A stretch of 64,000 bases of DNA from Candidatus Beckwithbacteria bacterium GW2011_GWC1_49_16 (GTDB lineage: Bacteria > Patescibacteriota > Microgenomatia > UBA1400 > CG1-02-47-37): positions 193-64,192 of the forward strand of contig CP011210.1 of NCBI GenBank assembly GCA_001029675.1, written 5' to 3'. The first letter of the stretch is position 1. Each line of letters starts with the position of its first letter. This document shows positions 27,729 through 37,451 of the stretch, one piece after another. Below the pieces are notes generated by a model. The model saw only the letters and a program-made list of their open reading frames with translations, did no database searches and had not been told where the DNA came from. Made by a program: the position numbers and the translations under genes.

Positions 27729-29406
27729 AGAAGTCGGCGGTGCGGGACATGGCGGTGTTGAAAACTGCCCCTTCGAGGTTGTGGCCGCCGCTGGGGTATT
27801 CAAAAAGCTGGTGGGGAATGGCGGTGGTATTGAGGATTTGGATTAAATTTTGCGAGTAGCCGATATTGACCACGTTATCGTTTTCGGCGTGGTGGATTTG
27901 GATGGCGCCTTGGACACCGTCCAAAAAATTGGTGGCAGGGACCTGGCTCCAGAAAGAGGATGAAGGGTCAAACTCGCCGTGGGTGGCAAAAAGTTCTTCT
28001 CGCCGGCGTCTGCGATCGTCGTCCATGCCGGGCGGGCGGTAGGAACGGTCGGCCAGGCGGTACTCCTGCCAATCCTCATAGGTATAAACTGCCCCGGCCC
28101 AGATGACCACTTTGGGGATGTCGGGTTTGGCGGCCAAGGCGCGCATGACGACGTTGCCGGCCATGGAGTGGCCCCAGAGGCCGATTCTATTTGGGTTGAC
28201 CAGGTCGAAAGATTCTAAAGCGGCGTAAGCGTTTAAGGTATCGATGACGTAGTCGCCGGAGTAATAGGCCCCGCTAGCCTGACCCTCTGACTGGTCGTGG
28301 CCCCGAAGGTCGATTTTGAAAACCACCAAGCCTTGTTCGGCTAAATACGAGGCATAGGCATGATAGTTTTCCAGAGTGCGGTAGTTAGCCGGCGGAATAT
28401 AGCCGTGGATAAAAACGACGGTGGGGAAACCTGCCGGCGGCGGCTCGGCTTTGGGGACATATAAAAGGCCGTTGACTTTTAAGCCGTCGGAGGCGTAGCT
28501 GGTTAAGTAAGCGATATAGTCATCGCTTTCCAGCGCCAGGTTTAACTGGCCTAGCCGGCTTTGGTAGGAGCGGTTTTTTAAATAAGGGATGGTTAACTTT
28601 TCAAAAGGCATGGGGTTGGCCGGGTTGTCCTCGGCGGCTTGGTTGGTGGTGGTCCGCCAGCTGGCGGAAGGGGCGGCGGTTTTGGGGCCGGTAAAGATAA
28701 GGTAGCCGAGGCCGACGATAAAAAGGGCGACCAGCACCAGGCGGCGGAATTTTTGGCGGTTGAGGCGCCCGGCCATTTTTTTGGCTAAAGCCGCGGCCAG
28801 GAAAGAAACCAAAATAGCCCAAACCAGGGTGGTGGGGCCGTAGTCTTTTAAGCTAAAGTGGTTGAGCCAGTAGCCGCTTAATCTGGCAGTGTCAATGAGC
28901 AAGCCGATGGCGCCGGAAGTAAAGATGTAGATGGATTTGTCAAGGTTGAAGGCAGTCAAAAAGGCACTTCTGACGGCGCCGCCGACGCCAAAGACGGCGG
29001 CAGTCAGACCCGAGAGGCCGCCGCCTAGAGCAGCGTTTAAGTTGGTGGGTTTGAGACGCCAGCGGGGCTTTTTAAAAATGAAAATGACGTAGCCGACTAA
29101 GAAAAGACCTAAAAGTTTTTTGAGTTCAAACTCGGGCAGGATGCCGGGGAGGCCGGCGGCGGCAAAAGCAACGATGATGCCGGGGAGGCCAAAAAGCCAG
29201 ATTAATTTCCAGTTGAGGCCCCTTTTAAAAAGAAAGATTTTCCAGACATCGACGAACCAGTGGATAATGCCGGCAAAAAACAAGGTTTCGGGCAGAGGGT
29301 AGAAAAGCGATAGCGTGGGCACCAGGATGGTGGAGGAGCCGAAGCCGGTGATGGTGCCGACAAAAGCGCCGACGAAAGTCAAAAGAACGACTAGGAGAGC
29401 AGCCAT
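27718..29406 (-). CDS. Fusion of TauE/SafE-family transporter and alpha/beta hydrolase (S9-like)
   Basis: GFGSSTILVP and FGVGGAVRS in a multi-TM N-half; HGY, DLRGH, GHSMAG, D.VV, GGHN in the C-half. Confidence 0.85.
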   Translation of the reverse strand: MAALLVVLLTFVGAFVGTITGFGSSTILVPTLSLFYPLPETLFFAGIIHWFVDVWKIFLFKRGLNWKLIWLFGLPGIIVAFAAAGLPGILPEFELKKLLGLFLVGYVIFIFKKPRWRLKPTNLNAALGGGLSGLTAAVFGVGGAVRSAFLTAFNLDKSIYIFTSGAIGLLIDTARLSGYWLNHFSLKDYGPTTLVWAILVSFLAAALAKKMAGRLNRQKFRRLVLVALFIVGLGYLIFTGPKTAAPSASWRTTTNQAAEDNPANPMPFEKLTIPYLKNRSYQSRLGQLNLALESDDYIAYLTSYASDGLKVNGLLYVPKAEPPPAGFPTVVFIHGYIPPANYRTLENYHAYASYLAEQGLVVFKIDLRGHDQSEGQASGAYYSGDYVIDTLNAYAALESFDLVNPNRIGLWGHSMAGNVVMRALAAKPDIPKVVIWAGAVYTYEDWQEYRLADRSYRPPGMDDDRRRRREELFATHGEFDPSSSFWSQVPATNFLDGVQGAIQIHHAENDNVVNIGYSQNLIQILNTTAIPHQLFEYPSGGHNLEGAVFNTAMSRTADFFKN

Positions 29407-29410
29407 CAGG

Positions 29411-29845
29411 CTATTTTAGTTTTTCCAGCTTCATCATGGCGGCGCCTTGAGCAAAGTCAAGCACCAAAGCCAAAACGAAAGCGACGCGCCAGGAAGAGAT
29501 GCCAAAGCCTAAATTGTCGGCCAAGCGGGCGATTGCCCAGACGGCGACAAAGTTTAGGATGAAGTATTTAACCATCCATTCTTTTGCGGTGAGCCTTCGG
29601 CCTTTGACTCGCTCGATTTCCCTGACAAAAGGAATGGCAAAGGTGTTTAGAAGCGCCAAGGTGCCGACGGCGTGGATTAAAGCCCAGCCGGGGGTGATAT
29701 TGGCGGTGCCTAAAACTACGGCGCGGGGAAAGTAGCGGGAGCTCAAGTAAACGATGAGGGCGTTGACCGTCCAGAGAACAAAGAAAGTGACCACCAGGAC
29801 AATGCCGGGGTTTTTGAGAGGAGAGAAAGATTTGGTTTTGGCCAT
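29411..29845 (-). CDS. Four-TM membrane protein
   Basis: Hydrophobic; TGCTACACT 6 nt before the ATG. Confidence 0.75.
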   Translation of the reverse strand: MAKTKSFSPLKNPGIVLVVTFFVLWTVNALIVYLSSRYFPRAVVLGTANITPGWALIHAVGTLALLNTFAIPFVREIERVKGRRLTAKEWMVKYFILNFVAVWAIARLADNLGFGISSWRVAFVLALVLDFAQGAAMMKLEKLK

Positions 29846-29899
29846 ATTTTAAGTGTAGCAAATTTTGATTTTGAAAGCTAGGTGTATGATGTTTAGTGT

Positions 29900-31204
29900 A
29901 TGTGGCGCAAAATAGCAGTCTGGGTCGGTTTGGTCGGCGTTTTAATCGGGGGGGGTTTGACGGGTTTAAAGTTGTTACCCAAAAAGGAGTGGGTGGGGCC
30001 GAAGCACACGGTAGCGGTAGTGGCGATAGACACGGCGCCGAAAAATTTGTGGGACGAGGAGATAGGCATTTATGTTAAGGGCAATCACGACAATTACCTG
30101 CAGAAAGGAAAAGTTTGGGAGAGGCCGGCAGAGATAAAGTTTTATGAGGTTGACGGCAAGTTGGTTTTTGAAAACAAAATTGGTTTGAGGCTCCACGGCG
30201 AAGGGACCCGGTTAATGCCGCAAAAGTCGTTTAGAGTTTATTTTAAAGAAGTGGAGGGCGGGGCAGGGATAATAAGCTACCCGGTGTTTGGAGCCGAGGG
30301 AAGTAAAAGATACGCCAGCTTGGTGTTGAGGCCGGGAGACAACCAGGAGACGATGATTAGGGATGAGCTGGCCAGTAGGTTGGTGAGACAAAACTCGGAT
30401 ATAGACGTGCGTTTGGCCCGGCCGGTGGCGGTGTACCTTAACGGAGAATATTGGGGACTTTATTTTCTTCAGGAGAGGTTCGACCAGGCTTACTTTAGGG
30501 AAAGATACGGCGCCAGTTCTAACTTATTGGATTTAGTCGAAGTGGTTTTGGCCAGCGGGGAAAACAAGGGTTTGGCGGTGGTGGATAAAGAACTTAACAA
30601 CCAGGTAGCCGTGGAAGAATATAATCAGCTTTTGGCCAAGGTGCGGGAGTGTCATGGTTGTTTCGGTTACTATTCTTTGGACGGGATAGTAGATCTGACT
30701 AACTTAAGGGATTATTTGGTTTGGGAGATGTTTTTTGGCAATGCCGACTGGCCCTACAATAATACTAGGGCTTGGCGGTATAAAAAAGAAGGCAAGGGCG
30801 AACTGGATGGGAGATGGCGCTGGTTGCTGTTTGACCTTGATGCGGGCATGGGGGAGGCTGCCGTCAATCCTTATGACCAGTTGGTGGATGAAGCCTTCCC
30901 CTTAAGAAACTTGTTTTATGATCCGAACTTTATCAGCGGTTATTCGAGGAGGGTTGAGGAGCTTTTTGGCGGAAAGTTTCGCGGGGAGGAGTTGGCGGCG
31001 GAGGTTGACAGCTTAGCGGCCGAGGTGAGGCCGGAGATGGCGCGCCAAATTGAGCGTTGGGGCAATCAAGTTGCAGACGATGGCTCGCATGGAGTCGGGA
31101 GCCTGGATGAATGGGAGAGGCAAATTGAATTGTTGAAAGTGTTTTTAAGCAATCGGCCCGAGGAGTTTGTCAGCTTAACGAAAAGTTTTGCGGCCGGGGT
31201 TTGA
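29900..31204 (+). CDS. CotH kinase family protein
   Basis: WERP, GLRLHG..TR..PQKSFR, VYLNGEYWGLY...ER, GNADWP.NN, WRWLLFDLD. Confidence 0.9.
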   Translation: MWRKIAVWVGLVGVLIGGGLTGLKLLPKKEWVGPKHTVAVVAIDTAPKNLWDEEIGIYVKGNHDNYLQKGKVWERPAEIKFYEVDGKLVFENKIGLRLHGEGTRLMPQKSFRVYFKEVEGGAGIISYPVFGAEGSKRYASLVLRPGDNQETMIRDELASRLVRQNSDIDVRLARPVAVYLNGEYWGLYFLQERFDQAYFRERYGASSNLLDLVEVVLASGENKGLAVVDKELNNQVAVEEYNQLLAKVRECHGCFGYYSLDGIVDLTNLRDYLVWEMFFGNADWPYNNTRAWRYKKEGKGELDGRWRWLLFDLDAGMGEAAVNPYDQLVDEAFPLRNLFYDPNFISGYSRRVEELFGGKFRGEELAAEVDSLAAEVRPEMARQIERWGNQVADDGSHGVGSLDEWERQIELLKVFLSNRPEEFVSLTKSFAAGV

Positions 31205-31229
31205 CAGCCCAGAGTGGCTGGTTTAGGAT
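31201..31229 (+). promoter_or_regulatory. Sigma70 promoter of a leaderless gene
   Basis: TTGACA-17-TAGGAT, then 7 nt, then the GTG start at 31237. Confidence 0.7.
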
Positions 31230-31236
31230 TTAATCC

Positions 31237-33024
31237 GTGGCTAAACTTAGTCAAGAATTAACAGATTTATACCGGCGGATAGGGGAGCTTGGCTTACCCA
31301 CTTTGAGTTTTGCGGCGATTCACTTAAACTCAAAAGGTTTTTCCTGGGCGGAGCTGGGGCGCGAGCGGGGGGTAACTTACCAAAAGGTCAACCAAGGCAA
31401 AAAGGAAACTGATTTTTTGATTGCCTGGATTAAAAAGCGGATGGAGGCTGAAAAAGTTAAGTACGTGGCGGTGAACATTTCCGGCAAGGGAGACTTGGAA
31501 GAGTTGGGGGCGGGGCTGTGGCTTAAGCTTGACGCGGTGCCTTTAATCGACAGGCGAACCAAAAATCCCAGCAAAAGGCGGTTGGATTGGCTGGCCAGAA
31601 GGACGCAAACTAAGTTTGAAGCCGACGACGTGGTCAAGGTGAAGCTAAAATCAAGAAACCAGGTGGAGGTAGCTTGGCTGGTGAGAAGCCAGGAATACGA
31701 AAAGGTGGATAAAAAGTGGTGGCGCAGGCTAGTTAGTCAAGCGGAGGAGTTTGGGAGTAAAAAAATTTTGTTTATTAATGCCACTCCCCGCGGCGGCGGG
31801 GTGGCGATGATGCGCCACGCCTTGGTGAGGCTTTATAAGTTAATCGGGGTTGACGCCCGCTGGCACGTGTTGCAGGAGCGGGCCGAGGCTTTTGAGGTGA
31901 CCAAACGCAAGTTTCATAACGTGCTCCAGGGAGCGGCCGGGCGGGGGGTTAGTTTGACCGGCAAGGATAGGCAAGTTTATGAGGCATGGATCGGCGAGAA
32001 CGCCGAGATGCTCAAGCCGGTGATAGAGCGGGCCGACGTGGTGGTGATTGATGACCCGCAGCCTTCGGGGTTAATTAAGTTTATCAGGCGTTGGGCCGAA
32101 GACAAAAAAATTATTTACCGGTCGCACATTCACCTTGACAGTAAGTTGATTAACCGCTCGGGGACGGCGGCAAGGAGAAGCTTTGAGTATATTTGGGCCA
32201 ATGCCAAAAAGGCGAACGTGTTTATCAGCCACCCGATGTTGGAGTTTATCCCCAAGGTGGTATCCCGTGACCAGGTAGTACTTTGGGGGGCGGCCACCGA
32301 TCCTTGGGACGGGATCAACAAACCCTTGACGCGAGCGCAAACCAACTACTACTTGAAGCGGTTTAACAAAATCCTTTTGGAGGAGGGACAGGAACCTTTG
32401 GATTTAACCAGAGACTACATTATCCAGATTGCCAGATTTGACCCGTCAAAGGGAATTGAAGATGTGCTGGAAGCTTTTAGATTGCTTAGGGCAAAAATGG
32501 AGAGTAAGCCCCCCCGTAAAGCTAGGCTACGGGGTAAACCCCAGTTAGTGCTGGCCGGCCATGGGTCGATAGACGATCCCGACGGGGCGCCGATTTTTAA
32601 CTTGATTTCAGGGTTAGTTGGTAGCCAGCGCTACCGGCACCTGAAAGATGACATCAAGATAGCCAGGCTGCCGGCGGTGGATCAGATTTTAAACGCACTC
32701 TTGCGCCGCTCAAAAGTTGCCTTGCAGCTGTCTCACAAAGAAGGTTTTGAGATTAAGGTGACCGAGGCTTTGATGAAAGGGGTGCCGGTAGTCAGCTACA
32801 ACGTCGGGGGGATACCGCTTCAAATCAAAGACGGCGTCAGCGGCTTGGTGGTGAAAAAGACTGGCAACACCAGGCAGGTGGCAGAAAAACTTTACCGGCT
32901 TTTGACCGACAAAAGGTTTTATCAAAAGATGAGCCGGGGGGCCAAACGGGAAGCAATCAAAGAGGGGTTGACGGTGCCCAACGCCGCCGTTTGGCTGTAT
33001 CTGGCTAACAAACTGGTAGAATAG
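31237..33024 (+). CDS. GT4 trehalose synthase/phosphorylase (TreT family, fungal-like form)
   Basis: TPRGGGVA, HNVLQG, IDDPQP, YRSHI, IARFDPSKG, DDPDG, QLSHKEGF..VTEAL, GGIPLQI. Confidence 0.88.
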   Translation: MAKLSQELTDLYRRIGELGLPTLSFAAIHLNSKGFSWAELGRERGVTYQKVNQGKKETDFLIAWIKKRMEAEKVKYVAVNISGKGDLEELGAGLWLKLDAVPLIDRRTKNPSKRRLDWLARRTQTKFEADDVVKVKLKSRNQVEVAWLVRSQEYEKVDKKWWRRLVSQAEEFGSKKILFINATPRGGGVAMMRHALVRLYKLIGVDARWHVLQERAEAFEVTKRKFHNVLQGAAGRGVSLTGKDRQVYEAWIGENAEMLKPVIERADVVVIDDPQPSGLIKFIRRWAEDKKIIYRSHIHLDSKLINRSGTAARRSFEYIWANAKKANVFISHPMLEFIPKVVSRDQVVLWGAATDPWDGINKPLTRAQTNYYLKRFNKILLEEGQEPLDLTRDYIIQIARFDPSKGIEDVLEAFRLLRAKMESKPPRKARLRGKPQLVLAGHGSIDDPDGAPIFNLISGLVGSQRYRHLKDDIKIARLPAVDQILNALLRRSKVALQLSHKEGFEIKVTEALMKGVPVVSYNVGGIPLQIKDGVSGLVVKKTGNTRQVAEKLYRLLTDKRFYQKMSRGAKREAIKEGLTVPNAAVWLYLANKLVE

Positions 33025-33028
33025 AGGG

Positions 33029-33769
33029 ATGGAAAATTTAGGTTTGATTTTATTAGCGACGGGGCTGATCAGTCTGGGTGGCTTAATCGGGATTGTTAGC
33101 TTGGCGGTTAACCAAAAGCGTTTAGAGCGAGCCCTTTTAGTCTTGGTGAGTTTGTCGGCGGGGGCTTTAATGGGTGGCGCCTTTTTACACTTGCTGCCTG
33201 AAGCGGTAAACCAGCTTGATTCGGAATTGGCTTTTGGGGGAGTTTTGGTGGTATTTATTGGGTTTTTCTTGGTGGAGAAAGTGCTTCACTGGCATCACTG
33301 CCATAAGGGAAATTGTGAACAAAAGGAGCTTTTGGGGAGGATTAATTTGATCGGCGACAGCCTGCACAATTTTTTGGACGGGCTGATTATTGCGGCCGGG
33401 TTTGGGGTGAGTCGAAATTTGGGTTGGGCGACAACATTGGCGGTGGCTTTGCACGAAATTCCCCAGGAGATCGGCGATTTTGGGGTGCTACTTTACGCCG
33501 GTTGGGGAAGAAGGAAAGCTTTGGTAGCCAATTTTTTGGCGGCCCTGACGGTGGTTTTGGGAGGAGCGATTGGGTACCTGATTTCGGTGAGCGACAACTT
33601 AATTGCCTACATGCTGCCGGTGGCGGCCGGTGGCTTTATCTACATTGCTGCGTCAGACCTGATGCCGGAGATTAAAAAAGAAGAGAGTTTGAGAAAGTCG
33701 GTGAAGCTTTTTTTGGTGTTTTTGCTGGGAGTAGGGTTAATGTGGGCGTTAAAATTACTGGAGCCTTAA
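33029..33769 (+). CDS. ZIP family metal transporter
   Basis: AFLHLLPE, HWHHCH, DSLHNFLDG, HEIPQEIGDF. Confidence 0.93.
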   Translation: MENLGLILLATGLISLGGLIGIVSLAVNQKRLERALLVLVSLSAGALMGGAFLHLLPEAVNQLDSELAFGGVLVVFIGFFLVEKVLHWHHCHKGNCEQKELLGRINLIGDSLHNFLDGLIIAAGFGVSRNLGWATTLAVALHEIPQEIGDFGVLLYAGWGRRKALVANFLAALTVVLGGAIGYLISVSDNLIAYMLPVAAGGFIYIAASDLMPEIKKEESLRKSVKLFLVFLLGVGLMWALKLLEP

Positions 33770-33772
33770 ACT

Positions 33773-34531
33773 ATGGAAGCGAGAGACTTTAAGCAAAGAT
33801 TAAAGGCGGCGGAAAGCCTCTTGGCTCAAAAAACCACCAGCCGGACTAAGTTTGAGGCGGCACGAAAGCTAATCTCCGGGATTAATCCGACGCTTGACGC
33901 CAAATTGAAGCGGGTGGCCAAGGTTTTGGCGACGGTGGAGAAAATAAAAAAGGGTAAAGTGATCGAGCTGGCGGCCGAGCGCTTGTCGGCGGGTACCCCC
34001 GAGCAGAAAAAAAGAAAAAAGAAATTACTGCTTTTGATTAATGCTTGGAAAGACTTAAAGGCAGAGGTTGGCAGGGTGAGAAGCGAGTTTGAAAAACCAG
34101 ACGCCAAAGGAATGGCTCAATTGGCAGCTTACGCCAAAGGCCCATTGGGGTTGGTAACAGCAGCGGCAGCGGTAGTGGTGGGGGCAGGTTGGTGGTTGAG
34201 TCAGAATGCGGCTGAAGTCGAGCTAGTCAACCGCGGCTGTGACCCGATTCAGCCGGCGGTGTCCCGGACGCTTAACTTGCCGGGCTTGAGGCTGCCGAGC
34301 CAGCCGATTGGCGACGGGGAATCAGCGGTGGCTTTAGTGCCGCCTTTAAAAGTGGCGGTAGAGGGTGGAGAGCGGCAAGTGGGTTTGTCAATTTACGGTT
34401 TGAAGATGGGGTTTGAGCTTGCGGAAGGAGCCAGCGATGTCAAGTACGACGGCCAGTCGCTTTTAAACCAAACCAATGTGATCAAGCTAGCGCCGGGATC
34501 GAGGCACCAAGTAGAGCTTGAGTGCGATTAA
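33773..34531 (+). CDS. Hypothetical membrane protein
   Basis: Basic helical N-domain, one TM, beta-rich C-domain. Confidence 0.7.
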   Translation: MEARDFKQRLKAAESLLAQKTTSRTKFEAARKLISGINPTLDAKLKRVAKVLATVEKIKKGKVIELAAERLSAGTPEQKKRKKKLLLLINAWKDLKAEVGRVRSEFEKPDAKGMAQLAAYAKGPLGLVTAAAAVVVGAGWWLSQNAAEVELVNRGCDPIQPAVSRTLNLPGLRLPSQPIGDGESAVALVPPLKVAVEGGERQVGLSIYGLKMGFELAEGASDVKYDGQSLLNQTNVIKLAPGSRHQVELECD

Positions 34532-34897
34532 AAACAGCGCCAGCATGACTATTTGGCAGGCGCCGCAGACGGGGCAAAAAACCTTTTCGACAAAGATTTC
34601 CAAGTAGGTGAGTCTTAAGCAAAAGACCATGCCAAAGGCGGCCATGGCGAGCATCAGTTTGGGGAGTTTCATCAGGGCAGAGTAAAGAATCAGGATGTAG
34701 CCGACTAGACCGATGAGGGCGACGGGCAGGCCCAAGAATTCGGCCAAAGGCCCCTTGGTGACGGCGTCGCAGTTGACGGTGGCGGTAATGTCGCACAGCC
34801 CCGGAGGGACGGGGGCAAGGTAGGAGTAGAAAAGGTAGCTGGCCAGGATAATGCCGAAGACAGAGAGCCAAGTGGCGGCTTTATAGAGTTTAGCCAT
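34487..34897 (-). CDS. VKOR family disulfide-formation protein
   Basis: Start MAKLY; C...NCDAV, GLPVALIG, FCPVC. Confidence 0.9.
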   Translation of the reverse strand: MAKLYKAATWLSVFGIILASYLFYSYLAPVPPGLCDITATVNCDAVTKGPLAEFLGLPVALIGLVGYILILYSALMKLPKLMLAMAAFGMVFCLRLTYLEIFVEKVFCPVCGACQIVMLALFLIALKLYLVPRSRR

Positions 34898-34915
34898 TAA
34901 GGTATTATACACACA

Positions 34916-35296
34916 ATGGATAAAAAGAGTTGGTGGTTGACCGCGGGGACGATTTTGGCGGTGTTGGTGCCGGTGGTGGTGTTTGCGCTGGTGGCAGGCA
35001 AGCCCAAGGTTGAGCCGGGCAGATACGATGCTCTGGCCCAGTGTTTGAGCGACAAGGGAGTAAAAATGTACGGGGCTTATTGGTGCTCGCATTGCCAGAA
35101 TCAAAAAGAGATGTTTGGTGAAAGTTTTAGCAAGGTAGACTATGTAGAGTGCTCTCTTCCCGGAGGCCAAGGGCAAACCGACGAGTGTGCGGCAGCCGGT
35201 ATTTCCGGCTATCCGACGTGGGAGTTTGGGGATGGCAGTAGGGTTGAGGGTGAGCTTCAGCTTTCAGTTTTAGCCCAAAAGTCCGGCTGTGAGTAA
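34916..35296 (+). CDS. Membrane-anchored thioredoxin-like protein (VKOR partner type)
   Basis: MYGAYWCSHCQNQKEMFG, YVEC, C...ISGYPTW. Confidence 0.9.
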   Translation: MDKKSWWLTAGTILAVLVPVVVFALVAGKPKVEPGRYDALAQCLSDKGVKMYGAYWCSHCQNQKEMFGESFSKVDYVECSLPGGQGQTDECAAAGISGYPTWEFGDGSRVEGELQLSVLAQKSGCE

Positions 35297-35729
35297 GTGG
35301 GGTATTTTAAGTTTGTTGTTTTTGGTTTTAGTAGTGGTAGTTTTGGCGTTGCCTAGGGCAGAGAAGCGGTGGAGGATAAATGGGGTGGAGATAAATCTTG
35401 AGGTGGCCGATAGCCCGGAGGAGAGGGTTAAGGGCTTGTCGGGCAGAGACAGTTTGGGTGAAAATGAGGGGATGGTGTTTGTGTTTGAGCAGCCGGGGAT
35501 TTACCCGTTTTGGATGAGGCAGATGAAGTTTGAGCTTGATTTTTTATGGGTGAGGGATTGCCGGGTGGTGGAGCTAACCGAGAAGGTCCCGCCGACAGCT
35601 TGGCAGTCTGGGCGGGCAGGGCCTACTAGAGTCAGTCCAAGCCAGCCGGTGGATATGGTGATCGAGGTAAATGGAGGCTTTGTCGAAAGGCATGGGGTCG
35701 AGTTGGGAGACAAGATAGAAAAGTGTTAA
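35289..35729 (+). CDS. DUF192 family protein
   Basis: EVADSPEERVKGLSGR, GMVFVF, FWM..M.FELD, VIEVNGG. Confidence 0.92.
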   Translation: MSKWGILSLLFLVLVVVVLALPRAEKRWRINGVEINLEVADSPEERVKGLSGRDSLGENEGMVFVFEQPGIYPFWMRQMKFELDFLWVRDCRVVELTEKVPPTAWQSGRAGPTRVSPSQPVDMVIEVNGGFVERHGVELGDKIEKC

Positions 35730-35743
35730 GATTGAAGTGAGTT

Positions 35744-37450
35744 ATGCCCTTGAGCCTGCCCCAAGTCCAGGAGATTGTTTTAAAGTCTGGTAAAGTTTCC
35801 CCAGAAGATTTAAACGAGGCGGTAAAGACAGCCAAGCATTTAGAAGTGCCTTTGGAAGAAGTGTTGGTGGGGAGACGTTTGATTTCACCGGAAGAACTAG
35901 GCGGGTTACTCGCCGAGGCTTACCGGATTTCTTATCTAGACCTTAAAACCCTGGAGCTTAACCGGGAGGTTTTAAAGCTGGTGGCGGAAGAGTTTGCCGA
36001 GAGCCATCATGTAGTGCCGGTGGAGGTGCGCGACAACGTGGTGACTTTGGCGATGGAAGACCCCAGCGACTTGGAAGCGATCGAGTTTGTTAAAAAACAG
36101 ACCGGTTATGGAGTGATGCCGGCGTTTACCGACAAGGCAGGGATGAGTCAGGCCTTGCGGCTTTATAAGGGAACTTTAAAAGAAGAGTTTGCCGAGTTGG
36201 TAGAAAAGACGACGGTAAAAAGAGTAGACGTTAACCGACCGTTAGTAGAGCTAGCCAAAGACGTGTCGGTGGTAAAGGCAGTGGACGCGCTTCTTTCTTC
36301 GGCCGTGGTGGAACAGGCTTCGGACATTCATCTGGAGCCTTTGGGGAATGAGGTAGTAGTCAGATATAGGATCGACGGAGTCTTAAACGATGTCTTGATT
36401 TTACCCTCAGAGCTTCATCCGGCGCTGGTAGCCAGGATCAAGATTCTTGCCAACCTTAAACTTGACGAGACCAGGCTGCCTCAGGACGGCAGGATGCAGT
36501 TTTTGAGCAAAAAAGGCGACAAGGTGTCGCTTAGGGTGTCGGTGTTGCCGACGGTAGAAGGGGAGAAGGTAGTTTTGAGAATTTTAGAAGAAGTGCTTCA
36601 GCATTTTTCTCTGAATTCTTTGGGGCTTGAGGCAGACCAGGAAAAACGGGTGGCCAGGTCGATTAATAAGCCGCACGGGATGGTGCTGGTGACCGGGCCG
36701 ACCGGGTCGGGCAAGACGACGACGCTTTACACCATTTTGGGGATGTTGAATACTGTCGGGGTAAACATTTGCACCGTTGAAGACCCGGTGGAAAACAGGA
36801 TCAGGCGGGTAAACCAAACCCAGGTTAATCCGCAGGCAGGCTACAGCTTTGCCACTGGGTTGAGGAGTTTGTTGCGGCAAGACCCGGACATTATCATGGT
36901 GGGAGAAATCAGGGATCAGGAGACAGCGAAAATCGCCGTCAACGCGGCCATGACCGGGCATTTGGTGTTGTCGACGCTTCACACCAATGACGCGCCGGGG
37001 ACGGTGCCGCGGCTGCTTGATTTATCGGTAGAGTCGTTTTTGCTGGCGTCAACTTTGGAGCTGGTGGTGGCTCAAAGGTTGATTCGTAAAGTGTGTAAGC
37101 ATTGTTTAGTGGAGTACGCGCCGCAAAAAAACTGGGAGGAGACGTTAAAGCAGGTGGTCAATGATGAGGCGGAACTAACAGAGGTGTTGACGCTTTTTCC
37201 TAAAAAATTAATCGGGGGCAAAGGCTGTCCTAAGTGCCGTTATTCCGGCTACAGGGGCAGGATGGGAATTTTTGAAGTCATGGGAGTGAGTGAAGCAATG
37301 AGGGAACTGATTGTGAAGCAAAAGTCTGGGGCAGAATTGAGGCGGGTGGCGAGGGCTGAGGGGATGAAGTCGATGTTGATGGCGGGGATGATGAAGGTGG
37401 CTTCCGGGGTGACGACGGTGGAGGAAGTACTTAGGGTCAGTCTGGAGTGA
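35744..37450 (+). CDS. pilB: Type IV pilus assembly ATPase (PilB/GspE)
   Basis: ASDIHLEP, RLPQDGR, GPTGSGKTTT, EDPVE, LRQDPDIIMVGEIRD, STLHTND, tetra-Cys. Confidence 0.95.
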   Translation: MPLSLPQVQEIVLKSGKVSPEDLNEAVKTAKHLEVPLEEVLVGRRLISPEELGGLLAEAYRISYLDLKTLELNREVLKLVAEEFAESHHVVPVEVRDNVVTLAMEDPSDLEAIEFVKKQTGYGVMPAFTDKAGMSQALRLYKGTLKEEFAELVEKTTVKRVDVNRPLVELAKDVSVVKAVDALLSSAVVEQASDIHLEPLGNEVVVRYRIDGVLNDVLILPSELHPALVARIKILANLKLDETRLPQDGRMQFLSKKGDKVSLRVSVLPTVEGEKVVLRILEEVLQHFSLNSLGLEADQEKRVARSINKPHGMVLVTGPTGSGKTTTLYTILGMLNTVGVNICTVEDPVENRIRRVNQTQVNPQAGYSFATGLRSLLRQDPDIIMVGEIRDQETAKIAVNAAMTGHLVLSTLHTNDAPGTVPRLLDLSVESFLLASTLELVVAQRLIRKVCKHCLVEYAPQKNWEETLKQVVNDEAELTEVLTLFPKKLIGGKGCPKCRYSGYRGRMGIFEVMGVSEAMRELIVKQKSGAELRRVARAEGMKSMLMAGMMKVASGVTTVEEVLRVSLE

Positions 37451-37451
37451 T

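Noticed and set aside
34898-35176. N-terminal extension of the VKOR track ORF
   Set aside because: Antisense to the thioredoxin gene; ATG 34897 has its own -10 box
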